Shown here piece after piece: positions 1-12,902 of a stretch of DNA of 64,000 bases. The translations under genes were made by a program, and so were the position numbers. Below the pieces are notes generated by a model. That model was not told where the DNA came from, ran no database searches, and saw only the letters and a list, made by a program, of their open reading frames with translations. Within the stretch, counting starts at the first letter, position 1. Each line of letters starts with the position of its first letter. The DNA comes from Paraspadella gotoi (taxonomy: Eukaryota > Animalia > Chaetognatha): assembly GCA_051294375.1 (NCBI GenBank), contig CM119267.1:16966606-17030605 (forward strand), in the 5' to 3' direction.

Positions 1-337
1 ATGTGATTTCTCGTCTCCTTCACGAATCATCAGAATGCTGACGAATCACAGACCTTACTTCAACCTTAGATTGACCAATGACCGACAGAGGAACCGACGG
101 AGGGATTGATGGTCAAAATTGCTAAGAGAACTCTAGGCATTCACCTCAACATCCAAACTCAAGAAAGAACCCTTCAAATAATTATTGAACTGTTTAATAT
201 TGTCATCACCTTTGTCTTAACATTTGTCATCGTGTCATCGTTACCTATGTCATCACCCTAATCATTGTCAACCAATGACTTGGCCACTTATTATTTATCC
301 TCGTTATTTGACTAAAAGTCAACGCTATTAACGGTAC

Positions 338-710
338 CTTTTTTGTCTAAAGTTCCAGACGTGTCATAATCAGCGAGAGACCAAATCTTGTGAAGCAAGC
401 TTTCTTTCAAACCACTTTTCTTCAAAAACTTTGCGGCGGTTATGCCTAAAGAAAACTCTGTATTATGATTAAGAGAAAAAAGACACGAAGAAAAAGAAAA
501 TTTACCTGGGATACTCCCTTTTCCAGTCGGATCCAACTGTTTGTATAGAATCTCGTAAATTGAAAGATGGGAACCGGCGATTTGAGTCTGAAATAATTCG
601 TAATTATACCCATTTAGTAGTACATTTCATTTATAAAAAAAAAAACGAAAAAAAACTACCTTCGAGGGTCTTATGTTGCAATTTCTCTTGGTGGATGCGC
701 GATTCGACAT
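338..710 (-). CDS. EPS15: EPS15/EPS15L1-like EH-domain protein, 5' exons only (possibly truncated or a pseudogene)
   Basis: Spliced MSNRASTKRNCNIRPSK|TQIAGSHLSIYEILYKQLDPTGKGSIP|GITAAKFLKKSGLKESLLHKIWSLADYDTSGTLDKK matches the first EH domain of EPS15 (AAxFLKKSGL..L.KIW.LAD); GT-AG introns. Confidence 0.7.
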
Positions 711-2027
711 TTTTTAAATCGTGTTATTTTTATCGAAGTCAGTTCAATACTACGTTTAATAAAATGTTCATTCGGTCTCTCGCATTCCTGATATCCCTTC
801 CTCTATTGCATAATCTAAACAAAAAAGAAATGTCGAAGTACAAAAACGAGCGAGTAACAGAAGTTCTAACTGAAAGGTACCGTAAAGAATGGCCAAAATT
901 GGAATGCTTTTCCTTTTGAGATCGAAGTGTGTGCAATCGAGTAAGGATATTTCAACATTCGCAGTAAAATTCTTAGTATAATTCATCGTATATAAATTAT
1001 AATATAAAAATTCAAATTAGGAATTTAATGAGAAGAATTTGCACCAACTTTGCAAGATGGAAAAATAAAAACAAAGTTTTCATTTAACCCGACTTTTTCA
1101 ATTTTTTTTAAATAAACTAGAAAAACTGGAGAGATAATATTTTTTATTTCATCACAATACCCCATAATTTTAACCCACACAGTATTAAATGAAAAAAAAT
1201 AATATGACCTCAAAAATTCTCAAAGCTTTGATCAAAATTATCACCAAGTTACCTGATCGACCGAAATAAGAAAAGAAGGTACTATTACAACCTTCTAAAT
1301 AAACCCTAGGACTAAAGGACTAGAAATATTGTAAAATTAATTAAAACTGGAATAAAACATATTGCCAAATATAAATTTTGTTTAAGGGTTCGAGGGCTCC
1401 GAGATGGTAATACAGAACCAAAAATTCCAAGCAAACTTTTTTTAACAAGGAAAACCTTTATGGTTCGAAATTTTGTTCAAACTTGTACATAAATTACTTT
1501 CACAAAAAGATTTGACGCAAAAGTAAACTTATGTTTAAGGATTTGTGACCTTGATTAATATTTAAAAAAAAGCATTAGAGATTGTTTGGATTTTAAGTCT
1601 CTGTAAAAAATAAATTAGGGCCATCAAATTCAACATAAAATATAATAGAAATAACAAAATATTTTATTCAATGGTAGAAAAACAAACTAGAAATACAGGC
1701 GACGAGATTCTGGGAATTTATATTAAAAGATTACGATGATAATTTATAGTATGGAAAAGCACAAGACGATATTAATTACTGATTTGGTTATACATCAGAA
1801 CATTAATGATCTACATGCACATTCTGTGTCGTATGATATAATACTATATAACCTGTCTTATAATCTTGTAGCCAATAGACCTGATCTAAAATTCTCCTTC
1901 TATGAGAAAGAAAATTGAAATGCCAAGATTTGTAAAGTAGTTTGTTGAGAAAACGAGACAACTCCACGATCTAGCGAGACGGCGACAAAAATAGTAGTTT
2001 CTGCGTACGCATACATATCCTTGCTGA

Positions 2028-3574
2028 TCAAACAAAATGTATGCATCTTTTTTTATTTCTGCAGGGCTTGCACCACTTGTCCTTTTGTTCGAAGCCGTAC
2101 AACGCTCTGCATTTCCGCGTGGTAGTGTTACTGTTTTTGATCGCCTGGTTCCCGCCGCCGGGGAGACCCCCGCCGTCCGGAGAGAAAATGGAACCGAAGT
2201 GAGCGCCTCGCGAGGGCGACTTGGATCCGTTGCCGTGATGCGATGGCATCGTCTCCTTGTTGAAATGGGACTTGAGATCGTTGGACTTGAGTTTGGAAGG
2301 ATCGAGACCGGGAAAGTTCGGGGGCATCTGACCCGCCAAAAATTGAGGAGGGACGCCGGCGTGGCCAAGATGGGCATTCTGGCCAAATAAATACGTAATT
2401 ACATTTCGAACAGAAACCATAACAGTTAAAGCAAGAAATTAAATTGAATATATATCATACCTGAAGAGTCGAGGACGAGTAAGGGTTATACTGAGTACCG
2501 TCCGACGAACTATGTAAATCAAAGACAAGATTAACTTACTCAAAAGTTTACAGAAAACGTACCCAAACAACCAATAAAAAATATTAACCTATGCTGATTG
2601 GGATTTCGATATCTTTGTTGATGCTGATGTTGTTGTTGCAACAGCTCTGGAGGAAGACCGGTGCCGCCTAATCAAATGTTTACAACAAGTCATTATTCAA
2701 TAATATAAACAAACTACAAAAAAGAAAATGTTTTTTTTTTACCGGTAATTGTATGCACGACGCTGTTATACCACGCTTGCTGCTGCTGTTGCATTTGTTG
2801 CATGGGTGCAATGTCGGCGGGATTTGGATACCGATAGTGCTGAGGCGGGACCTGCGTCGGAGGATCAGGCAGCTTCTTCTTGATTTTGGGTTTTTTCGGC
2901 CGCGGCGAATCGGCTTTTTGTCCAGGTTCCAAATCCGACTCGGGAAACCGAACGCACTTCTTCTTCCACCTGCACTTATTGCACCAAAGTTCCTTCTGGT
3001 TTTGACCAAACACCGCCTTACACTTCTTGAGTCGTTCGGGGTTCGGTTTCGGCGGCGATTGATGATGATGATGGTGATGAGAGGCGGGCGGGGAGTGATG
3101 CATGGAGGCTGGCGAAGGGGGTCCCCCGTGGGGTGGAGGGAGATTGTGAAGAAAGGGGTTAGGGAGATTGTTCGCGTCCTGATTTGGGAGGTAGTCGTCG
3201 TGCTTGAGTTTCGCGGGGTCTTTGTTGAGCGCCAGCGCCGACTGTTGGAGTGCGTTGTTCGAATTGTGACGGTTGGAGGAAGACGAACCGCCGCCTCCGG
3301 AGGGAGACATAGCGTTACCGCCGCCGCCGCCGCCGCTGTGAGATCCATTAGAGTGAGATTCTGTTTTTGGTGTCATCATCCCGGTGACGCCGGGGATAGA
3401 AGGTCCCGGCTTGTTCATGATAGGGTGGCCTAAGTGCGCCGTTGGGTCCTCCATCTTGGAGAAGGGTGGGAAGCAACGCGGCTCGGATGAGGTAGATTGC
3501 ATGTTGTCCATCTGGGCCTGATGATGCCCGGGGAACCGAGCCCCCCAAAACAACTGACCCATTTGGGTCCACAT
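2028..3574 (-). CDS. Low-complexity nuclear protein with two C-clamp (CR/CRARF-type) zinc-binding DNA-binding motifs; 4 exons
   Basis: KKCKAVFGQNQKELWCNKCRWKKKCVRF (about 2944-3028) and RKCRALYGFEQKDKWCKPCRNKKRCIHF (about 2031-2117); exons 3574-2743, 2667-2589, about 2509-2461 and about 2378-2028 join in frame through GT-AG introns. Confidence 0.8.
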
Positions 3575-4053
3575 GATCTAGGGAGAGGCCCAAAGGGGAA
3601 GGATTAACCAAAATATAACCAGCTATAATAAAAGCTAGACGGCAGGATGGAAAAATTCATTTCAAAATTCGGAAAAATAATAAATATAACAGTCATAGGA
3701 GAGTTCAACATTAAAATAAGTTTTGATAACTGTCAGATTAAAATAACCAAGGTGAAGACATTTTTCTCCTTTCTGCCGATTATGCAGATACTATGTATAA
3801 ATAAATAATAGACGATTATGATTAAGTGCAAATGTCAAGTTTAATAGGATATGATCGATATGATTTTACACTTGAAATTCGCTAACAATGGACGGAATTA
3901 TGAGTTTTCTTAATTTATAAGTACAAAAGAAACGCTGCTCTAAGAGACCTGAGCTAAGAAGCTCTCTCTCTCTCAAAACCCAATTTTCGTTCGTGTATTT
4001 TCTTTCTTCACAGAAACAAGTCATCATTCTTCAAAGATAAAACAAGAGGGCAA

Positions 4054-4554
4054 TTAAAAATCGTCATCCTCCCCTTCGTCCCAGTCGCAAGTCTCGATCT
4101 CTCCCTCTCCGAAGTCCACCTCCACGTCGTATTCGAACTCGGCGTCGCCGAGCTTCTTCCGGTTTCGCTCGAAAGTTTCGTCCATGACGAGCTTCTTCCG
4201 AGCCAAGGCGTCGTCGCCGAGTTTGTTGAGGTCCTCGGCGCCGTCGATGGCTTCTGCCGAGCGAATTCGAGCAAGACTGTCCTCCAAGTCGATGCCCTTG
4301 AGGTGATTCTGCACGACGTTTACCATGCGGAGTATCTGGTGCTTGGGAATGTTTTTCAGGTATCGATGGTGATTGGGATCGTCAACGAGATCGCCGACGA
4401 TGCGATCCAAGTCTTTGCGATTTTTGTTTAATTGTCGAAGCGGCATCGATCGCCGATGAGTCTTGCCGCTTCTTGCGTCGCGGTAGAGAAGCACTAGTTT
4501 AGGCGGCGAAAACTTGACGCCAAGGCGCAAGGGTTCGACGCCGAAACCGGCCAT
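4054..4554 (-). CDS. CEP19: Centrosomal protein CEP19 (intronless)
   Basis: GVKFSPPKLVLLY..GKTHRRSMPLR and DLNKLGDDALARKKLVMDETFERNRKKLGDAEFEYDVEVDF are CEP19 signatures. Confidence 0.9.
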   Translation of the reverse strand: MAGFGVEPLRLGVKFSPPKLVLLYRDARSGKTHRRSMPLRQLNKNRKDLDRIVGDLVDDPNHHRYLKNIPKHQILRMVNVVQNHLKGIDLEDSLARIRSAEAIDGAEDLNKLGDDALARKKLVMDETFERNRKKLGDAEFEYDVEVDFGEGEIETCDWDEGEDDDF

Positions 4555-4717
4555 CTACGACGATCGCGTGCTTATAATAAAACGAAATATAAAATATAAT
4601 ACGAAGACATAATTTATCACAGGCAAATTCTAGGAAATCAAATAAATAGCTCATTGGATTAACATAAAAACACGGGACCATTTCCATAAAAAACCATTGT
4701 GGCAAGAAGAAACATTC

Positions 4718-6664
4718 TCAAACATTTTTAACGTTTTTTTTGTCAACGGCTTCCAAAGATTCCTGAGTGTAAGTGGCCCTACGACCCAACATGGAAGACA
4801 AACCTATAACAAAACAGTTATTTTTTCATAGTTTTCTTTTCAACAAAGCAACCTTATTGATCGCCGTTTACCTCGCGCGATCCCTGCTCTGACAAAAGCT
4901 TTGAGAAAATAATATCTTTTCCCGATGCTGATCTTGGCGCCCAAATTGTGCAGCGTGTCGAGATGAGGAAAGTAGAGCCAAAAGTTGAAAAAGATCTTGT
5001 CCACAAATTCTTTTCGCGCCAACTTTTCTTCGGGGACATATTTGACAGACTCCTTGGTGAACTCGTGTATGAGAGACATGAACATCCGGTGGTTTGAAGA
5101 AGACTTGTCGGCTAAACGTAAGAACCGGAAAAAAGACGCATTACTAATATCGTCATACCTTGCAAGGATGTATTACATTGCTCAATAAAAATTGGTAACC
5201 TAAAGAAGAGTCGTTGATGCCCAAAACGTTGTTAGCTCGGATACTTTGGGCCAAAAACTCGGTCGTGTTCCACCCGAAAACGTCGTCGTAAGGTCGCTTT
5301 TCGTCCTCTTCGCAACTAGAGTCAAACTGAGGGTAGAGAAAGAGATCTGTAATCACTAACGATATGCTTCGTTACTATCGAGATCCTACAACAAATACCT
5401 GCGGCTTGAGGCCTCCGTGATCGGGTCGCCGTCCCGACGAAACCACGCTCGTTGATTGACCGAGACTCATCGATGATTGAGTCGAACTCCCTTCGAATTG
5501 CGAACCGCTGAAGGAATGAGATCAAGACGAAGGAGCGATAAGGTTACGATTCTGCTCTCGCGCGTAAGACGAACAAATTCGCCAAGACCTTTGATTTTGT
5601 AGAATCGTTTTGAATTCGTCCTCGCCGTCCAAGAAGTGACCCGCAAATGTTTCGATGTAAGGTTGTTCCACGAAAAAATCTGTAATCACGCAAAAATACA
5701 AATTCATTTTTAGGATGAAAAAAAAAATTGAAAAAAAAAAGCAATTATGTAAGTATACCAGTTTGAGATGCGGAATTGACTACGGTAGGGGATCGGGACT
5801 GATTGATGGTCAAAAGATGTCGCTCTCCAGAAACGACGCAATCATTCTTGGAAACTTGGTCCCGATCGTCCTTCGCTGACGACAAGGAGTTCCCTTGATT
5901 AAGATCAACAGCTTCGAATTTGAGATAATTTGAGAGCTGAAGAGAAAAAAATATTGAAAATTTTAATCCTTACAATTTTTTTCCAGGAATTTTTAAAGTA
6001 AAAAACGTCCGCTCACCCGATTTTCCGTGGGATTGTCTTCCCCGAAAGCCCTGGCGTGGGTCCTCTTGGACGATGATGGAGTCTGTCCGGAAAGAGACGT
6101 AATTTGAGAGTACGGACATTGCGAAACGCCGCTAAGAGGAGACGATAGAGGAGAAAGATTTGTTCCTGCCAGCGGGGACAGAGAAGTGGTGGAATCCGAG
6201 TCCTTGGAAGCCGAAACGTAGCGGGCGCGAAGACTGTTAAAGAGGAAATAGGAGTGACAGGGAAGTGATAAAATATTCCACTGGGTTTCCTCATTAACAA
6301 TGGCTCAATAGTCAATACCCGATTACGGAGGGATCAACCTCCATCTCCAAGTCCGTCCCGACTGGCGTCAAACGACCGGAAGTATAAAGACTGCAAAGGT
6401 GTTTTTTTCCGGCGAACCTTCGGCCTTAATATTGAGAACAATATTTAAAGCTAGTCTGTTTATTATTTTTTTGCCGATCCACTCGAGAACTCACCATCTT
6501 TGGTTTCGACGAGGATGAACAGATTGGCGTCGGTTAAGGATGCCAACTTCATCGCCGCCTCAATCAAAATCGCGCTGAAGGTGTGAATTAGAAACGATAA
6601 AGAATTTAAACCGAGTGCACAACGGTCACAAATCCCATTTAATTCACCTGAATGAGGACTCCAT
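4718..6664 (-). CDS. Uncharacterised multi-exon protein with a weak MADS-box-like N-terminal segment
   Basis: Spliced start MESSFSAILIEAAMKLASLTDANLFILVETKDG|GRRFAGKKHLCSLY; Ser-rich middle; C-terminal helical region (4870-5110) and last exon ending EAVDKKNVKNV*; internal exon boundaries only partly resolved. Confidence 0.55.
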
Positions 6665-7046
6665 AGAATGCAAGTGGGAAACAAGACCCAAAATGTTATC
6701 CACGGAACTCATTTTTTTAGAATTCTTAGTTAATAAAATAATAAATTCATTTGTAGGACCACTTGGTGTGCTGGGAACACAAATTTAATACATTAAATTA
6801 AAGTCATGTCCTAATTTAGTAAACATACAATAAGAACAAATGATGCGTTAACTGACCATTTGGTGTAATTAAAAATAATTATTTATAAAACTTCAAAGTG
6901 AAATGTGTATATGTATATACTGTATAAAGGATTACCTTCCTCAAAAGTATATCAGACTTTGGAAACAACTTTCGAAAAAAACCAAGTAAAACATGCGAAG
7001 ATAAAATAAAAAAAACGGCTCCCCTCCTTGAGCAAAATAAATTTCG

Positions 7047-8175
7047 TTAGAGGCCCTCTTCCAACAAGTCCTCTCGAGTCAAACTCTCCGGAATTCTACC
7101 ACAGCAAAACCAACCGCAAGCGGCGTAAAAGCTCTCGCAAGGGTGGCAATAGAAATAACCGAGCTTTCCGCAGAAAGTCTCTTTGTATCCGATGGTCTCC
7201 ATGCAGCAGCTAATGAAAAATGGCAAGACAACGCATTTGACGAAAATGATGACGATCAGAACGATTACGACGATGATTATGATCTCGTCTCGATCGCTGA
7301 TCCAACTTCGTCGACTTTCGGGATCTTCGTTTTCACTTGGAGACACCGTCGTGGGTTTATACCCGACTTTGGATGCCTCGGTGGATTTTTCGCCCTCCGC
7401 ATTGGGAATCATTGGCGTTGTCGCCTCTTCCCAACCGCAACCGCAATCTTGACCCTCTTCGCAACCCTGTTCACAACGCATACGTTCGCACTCTCGCAAT
7501 TTGCGTCGAGGGATTTCGTAGAAGCCGGAATTGATTCGTTCAGGTCCGTCGAGGTCCTTCATGGACATGCGAACCTGGAGGGCGTCGTGATTTTCGAAAT
7601 GAGCTTCCTCGAGAACTAGGAAGCATCCGAGAATGTTGTCCACCGCGTTTTCGTCGTCGCTGATGTTAAAGTGATCGTTCCACAATTTTCCGAGGGGCGA
7701 GTCTTCGGCGCCGCAATCTGTGCCACACGCCGGCCATTTTTTTGAGACGGTTTCGCAGACCTAAAGTGGGAAAAAAGTCAGTACTAGATTTCTCACCTAA
7801 AAAAAAATTGTTTGAACGTGACATCATTACCCCATCAAAGCATCGTTGCAGCTGAAAATCGTATTCGTCCCAGACTTTTTCAGTCGTGACGGCCTTTTCG
7901 TCGGAATTCTAGTTCGAATCCGCGGTGGAATTCGAGCTGGAGTTCTTTGCGGCGGTCCCTCCCTCTTGCGAGGGCTTGGCGACGTCTTGGGCCTCGTGGT
8001 CACTGTGCGCAGAGAAGAGAAGCGTGACCCGAAGAGTTGTGCGAGTTTTATTATCGCCGCGTTCGGGGATGTCGCAAAACGACGAGGACGCCTCCGAGTT
8101 GAGGTTGAGGACAGCGGATGACGACGGGGCTAAGAGTTTTAGCAGCAAGACCCCGAAGAAAAGGGAGGAAAGCAT
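7047..8175 (-). CDS. Cys-rich type I single-pass membrane protein (signal peptide, TM helix, Cys-rich tail); in-frame TAG at 7909-7911
   Basis: Signal peptide MLSSLFFGVLLLKLLAPSSSA; TM IIIIVVIVLIVIIFVKCVVLPFFI; exon 1 frame joins in phase as CFDG|VCETVSKKW. Confidence 0.65.
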
Positions 8176-8365
8176 TTCGAATTTCGATTGGTTCTAAAAA
8201 ACTACTGAAATTCAGTTAAAACAGAATAACATTAAAATAGTACAGTTTAATCAAGCGTAAAATTAATACAACTGTAACAAGTTAACAATTAACCAATTAA
8301 ATCGTACTAGAAAATGTTGTAAAAAATAACAAACAACGTCACAAAAAAGAATGCCAAAATGGCTC

Positions 8366-11157
8366 TTAAACTTTCATTTTTTCTCCAAATTCTTTCCCTA
8401 ATAACTTCATGATGTCTCCGTGCTTAAGGTCCGACCGTTCCTTTTTCATCGACCCATAGTTTTCTTTAACGAAGACGGCGAATTTGTTTGGCGTTCTTGG
8501 CGTGATCGGGGTCGAAGCTGGCGTCCTGAATCCGGTTGAACGCCGAGATCCACCACTGCTTTGAGACCCGCGTGCTGGGGTCCCGAATTCTGAGTTAAGG
8601 CGACACTGGAACGTTCCGTGGCACTTTCCGCACACTTTTCCTTTTGTGTCCAACGATTTGGAGTGGCGACCAATAGTGTAACCGCAACCTACAAGGAAAT
8701 ACAGGTGAATTTTTAAGTACTAAACTATTCCGATTTAACTTTGCATGTTAACTGTAACAACCTTGACAAACATAGAGAAATTTAGTGACGATTGTATACG
8801 AGTGACAACGTGTGACCAACGGAATGTCCCGATGGACGAAGGTGGCTTTTTTAGCGTAAAACTTCCAAAATTTCCCGTGTCCTTCGTTGAGACCGTGGCA
8901 TGTCCAGACGGCTGCGTGACAGAGTTCGTGCAACAACGTGTCGCGCGTTCTCTCTGCTGAATCTAGGATCTTTTCCGAGAGCTCAATGAAACTCTTGTAC
9001 GTGACCGCGCCGGTCGCTGACGTCAGTCGCTTGTATTTACAGTAACCGGCCGTCTTGAGTAAACGTTTGTTCCAATCTATGGCGAGGTCTGTGGGAAGTT
9101 TATTGTCGAAGACGGTGTTGTTAAAGTGTTCAAAAAGAGTCTGAAAAAAAAGTCGTTAATCGTTATTCTACGATTAAGCTTGATGTACAAAATTATATCT
9201 AAGCTTACTTGAGCGAGTTCCTTCTTCAATTTCTTAAAATTAGTCACAAATCTTTCCGCTTGGGGGTGACGTCTTTTACCTAAAAATAAGAGAATTATCT
9301 TTAAAAACAAATTGGTTTTTATAATTTTTATTTGACATTACTGAGTTCCCAACCTTCTGGGACGGAATTTGATAACGAAGCCAAAAAGGAAAGTGAGTCA
9401 AGCATCGCCTTTACTGGCTTCACCCTGGATACCAAACTCGTCTTTGGTGGCGAATCCCGGAATTTCGTCCTTGGAGTCAAATTGGTAAAGTCCTCCAAGC
9501 TTTTAGGTCGTATTCGTGGAAAAACCGGCGTTGGTAAATTCTGTTGCAACTCCGAATCGGAATCTTCAGCAACTGAACACTTGGGCGAGTCCTTTCTGAC
9601 GGGCAATCGATTCTCGGCATCGTCATCGTCTTCAGAGTCGCTAGAGATGGAAATTGGCTGTCGATAATTGGAACCCAAATTTCGAGCCGGTGTCTGACTT
9701 TTGGGTATCGCCTTTATCTTTTTGAGCGAATCGTTAGGAGTCGAGTGGAGGAGGTTAAAGGGTAATCGAGGGACGCCAAACGAGGTAGGGGGGTCGAACT
9801 CTTGGTCAGAGGCTTTAAAAGAGGGCAACGAAAAAGGGAGGACTTCTTTGACGGGATTTATGTGGAAAGAGTCGGAGTCAGAATCGAAAGAGGAATGTCG
9901 GGGTATATTCTTAGAACATGGTGGGTCAATCTTTGAGGTCGAGGAACCCTTTTCCGAATTAATGGTTTCTTTCGATTTACACTTTGGAGGCTCCTTTTCA
10001 GTAGCTTCCTCGGAAGACGACGGTGTCATTTCAAATTTCTTTCTTCTCGACGATATTACGGCACTCTCGCATTGGTTTCCCAACGGCTGATCTTCGTCAT
10101 CGGAAGACCAAACCGGGGGAGTCGCTTCCGTCCCTTTTTCTGTCGACTCGCGCGACGCTCTTCGATTTTTCTTGAAAGACTTCCTCTCGATTTTCAACTG
10201 CCGTAACTCTTCCTCGGCGATGCGGGAAATGTCGCCATCGACTTCGTCTTCGAAAGACGAGGAAGAATTGACTTCCGAATCTGGAACGATAAAGTCTAGA
10301 AGACTTCCGGGTTCATCTATGGAAGACCTGAAGAAAAAATGTTTCAATAATTGACTAGTTAATTCTCATACATACACTTCGTATTCAAAGTCAATTACGT
10401 ACCCATCAAAATCAACTTCGCCATTCTTTCCCTCTTCTTCATCATCATCACGACCGCTTTCATTCTCGGACGAACTAATTCTTTTTCTCCACTTCCTTGT
10501 GCAAACTAAAGGAGAGTCCTGGTCGCCATTTAATCTCTCCAACGAATTATTGCTCGTGTTGCGGTTAGATAGTCTATCGTCTTCCGCTGATGAGGCCTCT
10601 TCAACATATCGTTTGTCGTCACAGTCTGCATCCAAGGAAAATTGCGTCTTCGGAACTTCTTCAGCTTCCCACTCGAACACCGAGTCGTCCCGATCTCCCG
10701 GTTCATGAGTCTTTCGCGAAAGAGAGGAAAAAGTTTTTCCCGTGTCGAGGGGAGATGAGGACTTTCGCTTATCGGATGAAGATAGAGAAAAAGACGACCG
10801 CGATGGCGCATTTTCATTTTCACCCTCGCTAGAACTTACGTCGGAAAAGCGAACGATCGGCTTCTTTTTTACTAATGGTTTTCGAGATTTCTTTCTCGCT
10901 TTAACTTTTTTCGAGGACCGTGAGTCGACTTTTTGAGCTTCGTTCTTCACTAATGGCTCGTTAAGTCGCGGACTTTGTTTTCCGTTTGAATGCTTATTTT
11001 GCGAGAGGTGATCACCATCCGATGGTGGAAGGGTGACCAACTTTGCCTCGTCATCGCTGCTCTCCACGTCCGAAAAAGTGACCTTTTTCTTAGGCGCGGT
11101 CGAAGTTTTCTTTTTTTCCTTCCTTCGTGTCTTTTTCGTTTTGTCAGTAACTTCCAT
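8366..11157 (-). CDS. GCNA: GCNA/ACRC: long acidic disordered region, SprT metalloprotease, Zn finger and HMG-like box
   Basis: WNKRLLKTAGYC, TLLHELCHAAVW..HGKFWK, VTRCHSYTI..FLYVCQGC, CGKCHG and C-terminal NKFAVFVKENYGSMKKE..HGDIMKLL. Confidence 0.9.
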
Positions 11158-11302
11158 TCTTATCGTATGCCTGGGAAAATAATAAAAACAAACTGTACGA
11201 CAAAAACATTGGAGTGAAACGAACGAAGGTAAAAGGCATGAGAAAACGAAAATCAGTAAAAAAAGTAGTTGGGTAGAAACATATATTATGCCTTTCACCG
11301 GG

Positions 11303-12704
11303 TCATCTCTTCGTAAAGTGTTTGTCCTGGTCAGCTCGACTCCGTTGAACGCTATAAATGTTTCTCTTGATTCGATCTTCCGCAGATTGATATGCGTCCT
11401 TGACGAGGGGACGCACAAAGTCGGGTTGCGTCGAATCCTCGAAGTGACCAGCATGGTCGCGGCCCTCGCGTTCCTGAAAAAAAAAATCAATGACCGTAAT
11501 ATAATTAAGTACATAACACCATTATAAAAGAGAATCCGTTATGACTTAAGATATACAAAGCTAAAATAAGCCTAACCTTCGCCCTTTCTTTTTTATCTTC
11601 TTCCTCGTATCTCTTTATATTGGTGCTTCTTTGAACGTCTCTCCACTTCGCGTCCTCCGTCATCTGACGTCGCCTCTCCTCCATTTCCTCCTCTGTCAAG
11701 GAGACCTAAACGACCGAAATTGCAATCGCTCATGACGATACCGTTGCCTGTTACGTATACTTTCATTTAAAATAAAAATGGCCGACCTTTTTCTTCTCTA
11801 TCCTCCGTTGCTGGTTTCTCTGCAAGACCTCCCTCTCTTTGTCTCGTCTCTCGATGAATTTGTGCGTCGAGGCCGCAGAAGAGTCGGCCGCTCCTCTCAG
11901 CTCGAGACCGCCCCTTTTAACGAGACCATAGTTTTTTTTTCTATCGGGCGACGATCGTTCGTCGCGATTCCCAGATTCGCTTCGCCGTTTTCCATCACGT
12001 TTCCTTTTCGTTTCGTCGTCGCTCGACTCGTCGGAGGACGAATCTTCGCTGCTGCTGCTGCTCTGCGCCTCCTTCCTTTTCTTCTTCTTCTTCTTCCGGT
12101 CATCTTGGCTTTGTTTATTCTTCCCGCCTGTTTCCTTTTCTTCCCGTCGCCTCTGCCGAGCCTCCTTCCTTTTTTTCTTTAGCATCATTGGGCGCAAGAT
12201 GGTGCGCAACTGCGCCATCTTAACGGGGTTGTCGTAGATGAGGCGCCAAGCGTCGTCATCGTTCTTGCGAATAAAGGCCATTGGATCTTCTCGAAGTTTA
12301 GCAGCCATATCGACCTGTCGAGAGGGGTTGATGGTTAGTAGGTCCTTACTCTTAATTTAAATAGTTAACATCAAAGTTAAACTCTAAACCTGCAACGTGG
12401 AACTCCGAACGCTTTGAGAGTAAATCGATCCGAAAGAATCCTCGACGCGCTTCTCTTCTTGACGACAGAAGTCAAGTTCATCCTTCACCTTTTTGCCTTT
12501 AAGCCAATATTTAACGGAAACCGGATATTAGCCAAAAGCCATGCGAATTTCGAAAAATACATCAAACAAACAATACCCACCCAGAAGATATTCTTCCTCA
12601 TCGTTCTCCTTCTGCCCGTAAATCCATTCCAATTTCTCATTCTTTTTCTCGGTGTCTTCTCCCGCATTTTCTGCGATCTTCCTCGCTCTCGCTTTCTGAT
12701 CCAT
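11303..12704 (-). CDS. CWC25: Pre-mRNA splicing factor CWC25 (apparently without the N-terminal Cir_N segment)
   Basis: EKLEWIY, EEYLLG, DMAAKLREDPMAFIRK, NPVKM, LTEEEMEERRRQMTEDAKWRD and C-terminal EDRIKRNIYSVQRS..HFTKR*. Confidence 0.85.
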
Positions 12705-12902
12705 GGCAATGTTAATTCGCTTTACCAATGCTAATTTTAGTTGGTATATAAATGAACTGATTTATGAACAAACGATCATTTAATATAAATTAACAAAGGA
12801 AAAATAGTTTCTCTGTTAGAACCAAAGACGGCGGGCCCTAACAACTCGAAATGAATCGTTATTCAATCAAGTTTTTTTAAACCGAAATTCCTCTGCTTCG
12901 TC

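Noticed and set aside
2028-3574. TCF/pangolin orthologue
   Set aside because: No HMG box or beta-catenin-binding motif, and no space for one before CEP19
7909-7911. Genome-wide TAG reassignment (alternative genetic code)
   Set aside because: Only one instance; no other reconstructed gene needs TAG read as sense, and Ena terminates at a TAG where expected
10366-11514. Single 382-aa ORF suggesting a CWC25-GCNA fusion
   Set aside because: The CWC25 last exon is in a different frame and stops at 11303; the GCNA ATG is at 11157
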